13,677 bases of DNA, from assembly GCA_040758355.1 (NCBI GenBank), contig JBFLWF010000047.1, forward strand, positions 1 to 13,677, written 5' to 3'. Made by a program: the position numbers and the translations under genes. This stretch comes from Nitrospirota bacterium (GTDB lineage Bacteria; Nitrospirota; Thermodesulfovibrionia; Thermodesulfovibrionales; Dissulfurispiraceae). The notes under the pieces were generated by a model. The model saw nothing but the letters and a program-made list of their open reading frames with translations. It did not search any database and had not been told where the DNA came from. Shown piece after piece: positions 1 through 9,930 of the stretch (positions within the stretch are counted from its first letter, which is position 1; each line of letters opens with the position of its first letter).

Positions 1-1591
1 TTTCGTTTCTTGTGGCTTTCTCGTTAATAAGCAGTACTGCGTTCTCTTTAGGTACTCCACCATATCGAGGGTCGGTGAGTATGCTGTATATCTTTTTCGC
101 ATCTGTTGATGCATACTGAAGATTGGGTATGTCCTGTCTGTTCTTGTAGTCTATGCCGATTACTATTGCAAAGGTGTCTGGACGAGGTGAGGGGAGTTTG
201 TCGGCAGGCAGTTCGTCAACATCGGATTTAATGAATGGAGAAACTTCCTGAGGCAGTTTGGCTACTGTTTCGGGCTTGCCTTTTTTCTTTGCAATAATGG
301 GAGCTATAAGCTGATTCTCTTCCATCAAAGCCTCTGCCGACGCAACGGGAAGGGACAAATCCTTTTCTATGCCCTCCCTCAATACTTTTATTTTTGCTAT
401 CGCCCCCGGAATTAATGTCTTTGCTTTGTTAACAAAATCCATTATCCCTGTTATATCTGCATCGTTCAATTTAAGGATTATATCTCCAATCAACATACCT
501 GCCTTTTCTGCAGGACCACCTGCTACAATTTTTACTGCTTCCGCACCTCTTATCATACCTTTGTTGTAGTCTTTTACCTGTACTCCAACCATCCCTCTCC
601 CACCCCTATATTCCCATGCCTTTTCTTTATCTTCCATAACATAGTAAATGAGGGAAAGGTCATAATTTGTGTCATAATCTGAAGCCTCTTTTGCTTTTTT
701 TATCAAACCAATGGCAGTCTCCATGTCTCCAAGCCCAAGATATGAAAATGCCTTGCCTCTCAGAGCATCTTTTAATAAATCTTTATTTTGGGGCTCAATA
801 TTTTCCAATGCCTTATTAAAATCACTGACTGCTTCGCTAAAACTACCCTTGTGATGTTTAGCCCAGCCTCTACCCCTTAAGGCAGTTTCATCTTTTGGAT
901 TTATCTCCAATGCCCTATTAAAAACCCTTATTGCCTCGTCATAATTACCTTTCTGATAGTAAGACCACCCTTCATAAATGGGCTTTAATCCGCTTAGCAC
1001 TTTAACACCCTGATTGGCTTTATCATATGTTTTTCTGTTCAGCGGCTCGTTTAAGTGTGGCACCTGCTTTGATGCAAGTTCTTTTAGCCCATTTATTGCC
1101 AGATCAAAATCAGCACCTTTATTTAATAATATTTTGACAGTCTCCAGTTGACCATGAAATGCCGCATAGCCTAATGCAGTCATGTCCATATATTTCTCAT
1201 CAGGATTATATCCTTTTTCCAGAAGCCCTCTTACTACATCATTACATCCACCGCCGGCAGCATGATATAGTAATAGCGGACACCGACCGCCCTTACTGAA
1301 TGTCTCATAAGCGTTTTCAATCAAGATTCTATATATTTCATCTCTGCATGTCCGATATTTCATATCAAGAGGGAAGATAGTCAAATCATAAGTAGCTGCG
1401 AGCATATATGCAGTTTGTCCATACTCCTGTTCTTCGCATGCATTGGAGCCCGTAGCCAGCAGGTCTTTAACGGCATTGATATCGCCACTTTGTGCTGCTG
1501 CACCGATAGGTGTCTTATACATGGGAGGCATACACCCTGAAAGAAAAATGAGCAGAGAAAAAATTGAAATAAGTATAGATATTCTTTTCAT
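1..1591 (-). CDS. Lipoprotein with ankyrin repeats, TPR repeats, PDZ domain and C-terminal caspase-like (peptidase C14) domain; 3' end lies beyond the window (>=530 aa)
   Basis: Hand translation from ATG at 1591 (SD AGGAGG at 1599-1604) is open to the window edge. Signal peptide and lipobox: MKRISILISIFSLLIFLSG-C. Ankyrin motifs: TPIGAAAQSGDINAVKDLLATG, TALGYAAFHGQLETVKILLNKGAD. TPR: YYQKGNYDEAIRVFNRALEINPKD. PDZ: GGPAEKAGMLIGDIILKLND. Caspase N-terminus: FAIVIGIDY...LQYASTDAKKIYSIL...VLLINEKATRNE. The catalytic His/Cys fall outside the window. Confidence 0.9.
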   Translation of the reverse strand, partial: MKRISILISIFSLLIFLSGCMPPMYKTPIGAAAQSGDINAVKDLLATGSNACEEQEYGQTAYMLAATYDLTIFPLDMKYRTCRDEIYRILIENAYETFSKGGRCPLLLYHAAGGGCNDVVRGLLEKGYNPDEKYMDMTALGYAAFHGQLETVKILLNKGADFDLAINGLKELASKQVPHLNEPLNRKTYDKANQGVKVLSGLKPIYEGWSYYQKGNYDEAIRVFNRALEINPKDETALRGRGWAKHHKGSFSEAVSDFNKALENIEPQNKDLLKDALRGKAFSYLGLGDMETAIGLIKKAKEASDYDTNYDLSLIYYVMEDKEKAWEYRGGRGMVGVQVKDYNKGMIRGAEAVKIVAGGPAEKAGMLIGDIILKLNDADITGIMDFVNKAKTLIPGAIAKIKVLREGIEKDLSLPVASAEALMEENQLIAPIIAKKKGKPETVAKLPQEVSPFIKSDVDELPADKLPSPRPDTFAIVIGIDYKNRQDIPNLQYASTDAKKIYSILTDPRYGGVPKENAVLLINEKATRNE

Positions 1592-1638
1592 AATCCCGCC
1601 TCCTCTTAATACAACTCTTTGAACTCCTTTATATTGAA

Positions 1639-1647
1639 ATTATATCA
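1639..1647 (-). promoter_or_regulatory. Extended -10 sigma70-type promoter (TGaTATAAT) for the caspase lipoprotein gene
   Basis: Minus strand reads TGATATAAT ~48 nt upstream of the ATG at 1591. The -35 is weak (TTAAAG/TTTAAA). Confidence 0.55.
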
Positions 1648-1720
1648 GGACAATTCCCCATCTTTAAAGGTAATTTTCATGCTCCTTAGCCATAATGTAT
1701 GGATGCAGAGTTCACCTTTG

Positions 1721-1750
1721 TTGTAAATTTTATTACATGGTGTTTATAAT
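1721..1750 (+). promoter_or_regulatory. Sigma70-type promoter for PBP1A (TTGTAA-N18-TATAAT) overlapping the palindrome TGTAA-N6-TTACA
   Basis: TTGTAA at 1721-1726, TATAAT at 1745-1750, ATG at 1757. Dyad TGTAAattttaTTACA at 1722-1737. Confidence 0.5.
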
Positions 1751-1756
1751 GAAAGG

Positions 1757-4081
1757 ATGCGTTTTAAATTAGTTCTCACCATTTCTGTCCTTATCTTCGG
1801 CTTCATAGCAGGCGGGTATCTTGCCATTGCAAAGGGAGTACCCTCAATTACAGAACTGAAAAAATACAGGGCTACAGACGGGACAAAGGTTTACGCAGAC
1901 GATGACACACTGGTAGGTGAGTTCAAGGTAGAAAAGGGCATCTTCGTTCCTTTAAGCAGCGTACCAGCACATCTTAAAAATGCTGTAATCGCAGTAGAAG
2001 ACTCACGATTCTGGCAGCATAAGGGCATAGATTATATCGGAATAGGAAGGGCGCTTATCAAAGATATCATGCACGCAAGCCTTAAGGAGGGTGGAAGCAC
2101 CATTACCCAGCAGCTTGCAAAGATAATGTTCCTGACCCCGGAAAAGACCATTCAGAGAAAGCTTAGGGAGGCACAACTCGCCATAAGGCTCGAAAAAGAG
2201 CTTACAAAAAACGAGATACTGGAGCTTTATCTCAACAGGGTCTATTTCGGACACGGCGCATACGGTATCGAAATGGCATCGAGGCTCTATTTCGGCAAAT
2301 CGGTGAGCGAGATAACCTTGCCAGAGGCGGCACTGCTATCAGGGCTCGTAAAGGCTCCGAACACCTATTCTCCATATAACAACCTCGTGAGATCAAAGGA
2401 GAGGCAGGAGGTTGTGCTTGCGAGGATGGAGGAAGAGGGATACATTAAGCCTTCTGAAAGGGCAGCAGCAAAAAACCATACCATCCATCTTTCATCTCTG
2501 AGGGCAAACACTGATTCATATAATTATTTCCTCGAATACATCAGACAGCAGTTGGAACAAAAATACGGCGTGGAAACAGTATATAAAGGCGGACTAAGGG
2601 TCTATACAACCCTCGATAAAAATGCACAGGCATATGCACAGAAGGCGCTTCAGGAAGGGCTCCGTGAGGTCGACAAAAGAAGGGGATGGAGAGGTCCGAT
2701 AGGACATAAGGACATTGAAGAATCCTCGGGGGGTCTTAAGTCCTTCCTGGGCATCGACGACAAAGATGAGCCGAGGGTGTCTTTTTCTGCATCTGCCGGA
2801 GATATATCCACGGGTGTTGTTGTGTCCGTAAGTCCGAAAGAGGCTGTAATTAAAGCACGGGGAATTTCGGGCAAGCTTATGCTTGCCGATGCAATGTGGG
2901 CAAGCACGGTAATTGACCGCCCATCGGGAAAAATAAGGACAATCAAGAATTTAAAACTCACCGACATACTGAAGAAAGGCGATATTATATGGGTGAAGAT
3001 CAAGAACATATCGGGGAAAAATGTAATGTTCAGTCTTGAACAAGAGCCGGAAGTGGAAGGTGCGGTAGTAGCGATCGAACCAGAGACAGGATTCATAAGG
3101 GCGATCGTCGGAGGCTTTAACTTCACGAAGAGCGAGTATAACAGAGCGGTTTATGCAAAGAGGCAGCCGGGTTCTGCAATAAAGCCGATAATATATGCAG
3201 CAGCCATCGAGCACGGATATACTCCGGCAAGCATCATTAATGACGAGCCGGTCTCCTATCCCGGAGGACCGGGAGGGGAATGGAAGCCTGAAAACTATGA
3301 CCACAAATATTATGGGCCTACCACATTAAGAGAGGCACTCGCATACTCCAGAAATGTAGTGACAGTGAAGCTTGTAGATGCAGTAGGTATTGACAAGGTA
3401 ATATCCTTTGCAAAGGATATAGGCATAGAGGCAGATATGCCGAGGGAATTGACCATAGCCCTCGGCTCCATAAGCGTAACGCCCCTTGAGATGGCAACAG
3501 CTTATTCAACCTTTGCAAACGGCGGCGTCAAAATAACTCCCATAGCAATCAAATATGTCACGGACACAAAGGGTACGGTACTGGAGAGCAATGAGCCGGA
3601 AGGGCTGGAATCAATAACTCCGCAGACATCCTTTTTAATAACATCTATGATGAAGGATGTCATTAACTACGGTACGGGCATGAGGGCAAATATAGGCAGG
3701 CCTGCTGCAGGCAAGACAGGGACAAGCAATGATTATAAGGATGCATGGTTTGTGGGTTATACGCCACAGCTTGTGGGATGCGTATGGGTTGGTTTTGACG
3801 ATATGAGGAGATCCCTCGGTTCAGGAGAGGTAGGTGGAAGGGCGGCAGCGCCAATATGGGCAAACTTCACGAGGAATATGCTCGCCAATGAATCTTCTAC
3901 AGATTTTTCTGTGCCGGAAGGAATAATAAAACTCTCCATAGACCCGCGCACAGGGCTCTTATCTTCTGATGAGTCTTCAGGTGTTTCGGAATACTTCAGG
4001 GAAGGGACACAGCCAAGGGATTACAGCAGCGCTCCTTCAAAGATCGAAAGGGCTGTACCGTCATCGGCCGACTACGATTAG
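1757..4081 (+). CDS. mrcA: Penicillin-binding protein 1A (class A bifunctional transglycosylase/transpeptidase with OB-like insertion)
   Basis: N-terminal membrane anchor. GT51 motifs EDSRFWQHKG, GGSTITQQ, RKLRE. Transpeptidase motifs SAIK (SxxK), SRN (SxN), KTG. Confidence 0.95.
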   Translation: MRFKLVLTISVLIFGFIAGGYLAIAKGVPSITELKKYRATDGTKVYADDDTLVGEFKVEKGIFVPLSSVPAHLKNAVIAVEDSRFWQHKGIDYIGIGRALIKDIMHASLKEGGSTITQQLAKIMFLTPEKTIQRKLREAQLAIRLEKELTKNEILELYLNRVYFGHGAYGIEMASRLYFGKSVSEITLPEAALLSGLVKAPNTYSPYNNLVRSKERQEVVLARMEEEGYIKPSERAAAKNHTIHLSSLRANTDSYNYFLEYIRQQLEQKYGVETVYKGGLRVYTTLDKNAQAYAQKALQEGLREVDKRRGWRGPIGHKDIEESSGGLKSFLGIDDKDEPRVSFSASAGDISTGVVVSVSPKEAVIKARGISGKLMLADAMWASTVIDRPSGKIRTIKNLKLTDILKKGDIIWVKIKNISGKNVMFSLEQEPEVEGAVVAIEPETGFIRAIVGGFNFTKSEYNRAVYAKRQPGSAIKPIIYAAAIEHGYTPASIINDEPVSYPGGPGGEWKPENYDHKYYGPTTLREALAYSRNVVTVKLVDAVGIDKVISFAKDIGIEADMPRELTIALGSISVTPLEMATAYSTFANGGVKITPIAIKYVTDTKGTVLESNEPEGLESITPQTSFLITSMMKDVINYGTGMRANIGRPAAGKTGTSNDYKDAWFVGYTPQLVGCVWVGFDDMRRSLGSGEVGGRAAAPIWANFTRNMLANESSTDFSVPEGIIKLSIDPRTGLLSSDESSGVSEYFREGTQPRDYSSAPSKIERAVPSSADYD

Positions 4082-4087
4082 AGGCCA

Positions 4088-4516
4088 TTAATTCTTCTTC
4101 ATCTTATTAGCTATATAAACAACGCAATCTTCGCAGAGCTTGCCATTCTCTCGATTGCATATTGACCTATTAAGCTCCCAGCAGGGTTTTGTCTTGTCGA
4201 TATATGCGGTGCATTTGTTCCTTTTATCTTCCGAGCAATCGGTAATCTCCCAGCAAGGTGCATATTCGAGGAGCTTCTTTATTCCTTCTATGCTTATCTT
4301 TTTTATATGTATGAGGTCACGTATGCAGGTTAGCCATTTTATGTCATTCTCAGAATAGTATCTGTTCTTGTTGCGTCTTGCAGGCTTTATAAGCCCATGC
4401 TTTTCGTAAAGCCTCAATGTCTGGTCGGTAATGCCTATCAACTCAGCCACGATACCTATGGGGTAAAGGGGCAGTTCCTTTTTGTCCTTATTGTCGAGAC
4501 TCATGCTCTTTTTCAT
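4088..4516 (-). CDS. MerR-family (HspR/GlnR-like) transcriptional regulator with Cys-rich C-terminal double-CW domain
   Basis: MerR HTH: LYPIGIVAELIGITDQTLRLYEKHGLIKPAR..NRYYSENDI. Tail PCWEITDC..C..PCWE..C..CEDC carries 7 Cys. SD AGGGGG upstream. Confidence 0.88.
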   Translation of the reverse strand: MKKSMSLDNKDKKELPLYPIGIVAELIGITDQTLRLYEKHGLIKPARRNKNRYYSENDIKWLTCIRDLIHIKKISIEGIKKLLEYAPCWEITDCSEDKRNKCTAYIDKTKPCWELNRSICNRENGKLCEDCVVYIANKMKKN

Positions 4517-4540
4517 TTATCCCCCTAAAAGCACTTGATA

Positions 4541-4571
4541 ATTGTAACTAATAAAACATGTTTAAACTCAA
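4541..4571 (-). promoter_or_regulatory. Candidate MerR-type promoter TTGAGT-N19-TACAAT with dyad AAACATGTTT in the spacer
   Basis: Plus-strand actcaa at 4566-4571 and attgta at 4541-4546 are 19 bp apart. Perfect 10-bp palindrome at 4554-4563. Confidence 0.45.
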
Positions 4572-4625
4572 AAAAGCAAGTGTTTTATGTCAAATTTTCC
4601 TGTAAATTTTTGTTAACATCCGTAA

Positions 4626-7238
4626 TTACTGCTGCCTCAAAAGCCTCCTGACAAACTCTATCTCTTCCTCTTTTGTATGCAGCCTTTCCATCAATTTCTC
4701 GTCAAGTATCTTCCGCAGTATGTCTGAGTATTCAGGCCCTGGTGTGATGCCGAGGTTCTTCAAATCATTGCCCGTAAGGGCAGGTTTTACATTCCTCAAT
4801 TCCAGAAGGAAGTGGGATATGGCCTTTTTCTTTTCACTATCCCGTGTCAATGCCATGCTGAAGAGAACAGATTCTATATCACGACTCATCAGCAGATGAT
4901 ATATTTCCACAGGATTGCCTGGCTTAAGCCTTCTCAATATCTCTTGTGCAGCATGCAATCCCTTCAATATCTTATCCTTTAACCTCGATGTAACAGAAAG
5001 CCTGTTCAAAGCTAACTCCCTTTCATCCTTGTTAAGCTTATACAAGAGGGCCATGATATAAAGCATGCCCCTGTCATATTTTTCCTTCAGGAAAAGCAGC
5101 TCAAACCATGTGATGGTGTCGTGAACCGACTGAAGGAGTGATTCGATCTCAGGGGAAAAAGAGATCTTCGGATGTATTACCTTCAGCAGTTCATAATCTC
5201 CAAGCCTCTTTAATGCCTTTATGGGATTGGTTTCGTTGAAAGTCAGCATCAGTTCGTCATAAAGCCTCGTGCCTGAAAGCTTCTCGAATATATTCATCCT
5301 GATGGCGGATTTTATGAGGTTCTCTGTATGCTTCGTTAATTTAAAGCCGAACCTCTCTGAAAACCTTATAGCCCTGAAAGCCCTTGTGGGATCCTCAATG
5401 AAGCTCAGATTATGAAGCACCCTTATGACCCTGTCCTTTAAATCCCTCTGTCCTCCAAAGAAATCTATTAGCTGGCCAAAATCCCTTTTGTTCAATTTCA
5501 CTGCAAGGGTATTTATGGTGAAGTCACGCCTGTAAAGGTCCTTTTTTATGGACGATGTCTCCACCTTTGGCAATGCAGCAGGGAATTCGTAATACTCTGT
5601 CCTTGCTGTTGCAACATCGAGCTTGAAGTCTTCCTTTATTACCTGTGCTGTGCCGAATCTTTCATGGGTCGTCACCTTTGCGCCTATCTTTTCTCCCAGT
5701 TTCTTTGCAAAGGCAATACCGTCGCCCTCAACCACAATATCGATATCAAGGTTCTCCTCGCCCCTCAGCATATCCCTCACACAGCCTCCCACAAGATATG
5801 AGCCGAATTTCAGATCATCAGCAACTTCTCCGGCCATCTTAAGAAAATCGTATAAATGGGAAGGCAATTTCTCTTTTAATATTCCCGAAATATTCCTTCC
5901 CAGACCGAGGACAGACTCTCCCACAAGCTCCTTTGCAGAGACCCTGCTCTTTCTCAAGAAATCCTCATAAAGCGCCCTCAATATATCTGTCCTTGTGATT
6001 GCGCCGATTATCCTGTCTCCGTCGAGCACAGGGACAAACCTCTGGTTCTGCTCTATCATGGATGCCTCAACTTCGGATATGGGTACATAAGAAGAGGCGG
6101 TAATGGCATCGGTAGTTGCAAAATCAAGACATTTGCTTTTTCCAAGGCCGTGGAAAAGGGCCTTCTCCACAACCTCCCTCGTCAAAATGCCCATATATCT
6201 GTCCTTCTTAACAACAGGAAGGACATTTACTCCGTATCTCGTCATCATATCCTCTGCATCTCTTATCATACTGTTGTGTTGAATGACGATAACAGGAGTT
6301 GTCATCACATCCCGTGCGCATTTTAAAGGCCGTACATTTTTCTTTAAAGATTCTATGAGCCTTTCTTCAATTATCTCAAAGGGGATATCCTTTATTGTTG
6401 CAGAGGCAGCAGTTGGATGGCCTCCGCCTCCGAAATCAGACAAGACCTGCGACACATCCAGCTCAGCCACCTTGCTCCTTGCAACCATCAGAACCTTATC
6501 GGCCATCCCGACCAAAAGCACAATAGCATCCGTATCCTCCATATCCATAATCTTATGGGCAAGATGTGCCACGTCTCCAAATCCCTCTATCGCACCCTTT
6601 CCTATCTTTATTCTCACGCCATGAATGACAACCTCCCTCAGAGACTGCACAAGTTCATTGAGCAAGGTAAACTCTTCCCTGCTCAACTCTATCTTCAAAA
6701 AATCCGAGACTATATTGAGATTGGCGCCTCTTTTTAGCAGATATGAAACTGCCACTAAATCCCTGGGTGTTGTTGATGCATAGGTCAAAGAACCTGTCTC
6801 TTCGTATATTCCGAGGCACAGTATTGTAGCCTCCATAGGGGTCAACAGAATCTTCTTTTTCTGGATCATCTCTGTAAATATGGTGGATACTGCCCCAACA
6901 TGCTCTATGACCTCTAATTCTCCCCTGATGTCTGACTTTTTAATGGGATGGTGGTCGTAGATATGCACCTTAAGATCAGGCCTTGAGAGGAGTTCCTTGA
7001 GCTGCCCTATCCTGTCCGGATGCTTTGTGTCAACTAATATAAGCCTCTTTACCTTTTCTAAATCTATGTCCTTGAGCTTTTTTATCTCAACGGGATGGAA
7101 TGCATCAACAAAGTCCCTCACCTTCTTTTCGAGGGAGCCAGGAAATACAATCACAGCATCAGGGTATATTTTTTTCGCACCGATGGTAGATGATAGCGCA
7201 TCAAAATCCGCATTTATGTGGGAAGTGATAATGTCCAT
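4626..7238 (-). CDS. DHH/DHHA1 + tandem CBS + class II tRNA nucleotidyltransferase (probable A-adding or CCA-adding enzyme)
   Basis: DHH motifs HINADFD, LVDT, IYDHHP, GGGGH. CBS pair starting at ARDVMTTPV. Nucleotidyltransferase motifs GGCVRD...DIDIVVEG, RRDFTIN, EDPTR. Confidence 0.92.
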   Translation of the reverse strand: MDIITSHINADFDALSSTIGAKKIYPDAVIVFPGSLEKKVRDFVDAFHPVEIKKLKDIDLEKVKRLILVDTKHPDRIGQLKELLSRPDLKVHIYDHHPIKKSDIRGELEVIEHVGAVSTIFTEMIQKKKILLTPMEATILCLGIYEETGSLTYASTTPRDLVAVSYLLKRGANLNIVSDFLKIELSREEFTLLNELVQSLREVVIHGVRIKIGKGAIEGFGDVAHLAHKIMDMEDTDAIVLLVGMADKVLMVARSKVAELDVSQVLSDFGGGGHPTAASATIKDIPFEIIEERLIESLKKNVRPLKCARDVMTTPVIVIQHNSMIRDAEDMMTRYGVNVLPVVKKDRYMGILTREVVEKALFHGLGKSKCLDFATTDAITASSYVPISEVEASMIEQNQRFVPVLDGDRIIGAITRTDILRALYEDFLRKSRVSAKELVGESVLGLGRNISGILKEKLPSHLYDFLKMAGEVADDLKFGSYLVGGCVRDMLRGEENLDIDIVVEGDGIAFAKKLGEKIGAKVTTHERFGTAQVIKEDFKLDVATARTEYYEFPAALPKVETSSIKKDLYRRDFTINTLAVKLNKRDFGQLIDFFGGQRDLKDRVIRVLHNLSFIEDPTRAFRAIRFSERFGFKLTKHTENLIKSAIRMNIFEKLSGTRLYDELMLTFNETNPIKALKRLGDYELLKVIHPKISFSPEIESLLQSVHDTITWFELLFLKEKYDRGMLYIMALLYKLNKDERELALNRLSVTSRLKDKILKGLHAAQEILRRLKPGNPVEIYHLLMSRDIESVLFSMALTRDSEKKKAISHFLLELRNVKPALTGNDLKNLGITPGPEYSDILRKILDEKLMERLHTKEEEIEFVRRLLRQQ

Positions 7239-7244
7239 AAAAAT

Positions 7245-7253
7245 AGAATACCA
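7245..7253 (-). promoter_or_regulatory. Candidate extended -10 (TGgTATTCT) 6 nt upstream of the nucleotidyltransferase start codon
   Basis: Minus strand reads tggtattctatttttATG. There is no SD in the 33-nt gap after glnA. Confidence 0.4.
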
Positions 7254-7271
7254 TAGTTAGAGACCCATATA

Positions 7272-8596
7272 TTAAATATCAAGATACTTCTCTATTTCCC
7301 ACCTTGTCACCTGCATCTTGAATTCATTCCACTCCTTTGTCTTTATATCAATGTACCTGTTGTACAGATGTCTTCCCATGATGTCTTGCATTAATTTATT
7401 GTTTTTCAACTCATTTATTGCCTCATGAAGGGACGAGGGGAGTGTTTCTATGTTCATTGCTGCAAGTCTGGCCTCATCGAATTTGTAGAGGTCTTCTTCA
7501 ACAGGCTCTGACAGGCTCATATTTTTCTCAACGCCGTCAAGCCCTGCTGCGAGCATTACTGCAAAAGCTAAATAAGGATTACATGCAGGATCGGGGCATC
7601 TCAGCTCTATCCTTGCTGAACTGGGTTTATCCTCAAACCAGTGGGGAACCCTCATAAGAGCCGACCTGTTAATCCTCGCCCACGAAATATATACCGGAGC
7701 TTCAAAGCCTGTTACAAGACGCTTATATGAATTAACCGTTGGACATAAAACCGCCATCATTCCCTTAATATGGTTAAGCTGTCCTGCTATGAAATTGTAT
7801 GCAGTTTTCGAAAGCTTATATTTATCTCTAACGTCATAAAATACATTCTTTTTGGTCTTTATATCAAAAAGGCTCTGATGGACATGCATACCCGACCCTG
7901 CCATTCCCATAAGAGGCTTTGGCATGAAGGATGCTATCAACTTGCGCCTCTGGGTTATGGCCTTTACAGCAACTCTCAATGTCAGCAGCCTGTCCGCTGT
8001 AATAAGGGCATCTCCATATTTAAAGTCTACTTCATACTGTCCCGGTCCTACCTCATGATGGGATGCCTCTACCTCTATACCAAGGGTTTCAAGGGCAGCA
8101 GTTATCTCCCTTGTTATGGTATGCGCCTCATCAGTGGCAAGATCAAAATAACCATTGCTGTCCATTGGCGTAATTTTGTCGGTATCGCTCCTGAAAAGAT
8201 AAAATTCAAGTTCAGGCCCCGCGTTATACTCAAGGCCCATATCATGTGCCCTTTTTAAAGCCTTTTTTAATATAAATCTCGGATCACCTTCAAAGGGTGT
8301 TCCATCCGGTCTGTAAATATCACAGATAAGGCGGGCAGCATTTCCATCTGGCGAACTCAACCATGGTATAACAGCATAAGTTGATGGATCTGGTTTTAAA
8401 TAGAGGTCGCTTTCGTGAATCCTCGCAAATCCCTCGATGGAAGACCCATCAAACCAAGCGCCGTATTTTAAAATATCCTCCAGCCGCTGAATCGGTGCGG
8501 CAATCTCCTTAAGACATCCCATAATATCCGTAAACTGAAGATTAATAAAGATTACGTTGTCCGCTTTAGCTTTTTCTAATATTTCCTGGGTTTCCA

Positions 8597-8597
<1 letters not shown>
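7272..8597 (-). CDS. glnA: Glutamine synthetase type I (441 aa, GSI-alpha-like length)
   Basis: Motifs FDGSSIEGF, GPELEFYLF, HHEVGPGQYE, FMPKP..GSGMHVHQSL, NSYKRL, NRSALMRVP, RIELRCPDPACNPYL. The ATG at 8597 overlaps the glnB stop (TGATG); GTG at 8600 is an alternative start. Confidence 0.97.
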
Positions 8598-9917
<1,320 letters not shown>

Positions 9918-9930
9918 CTTACTATCTCCT

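Noticed and set aside
4543..4618. GlnR/TnrA box (TGTNA-N7-TNACA) or HspR HAIR site upstream of the MerR gene
   Set aside because: The best matches have the wrong spacing (N8 or N6), and only one HAIR half-site (TTGAGT) is present.
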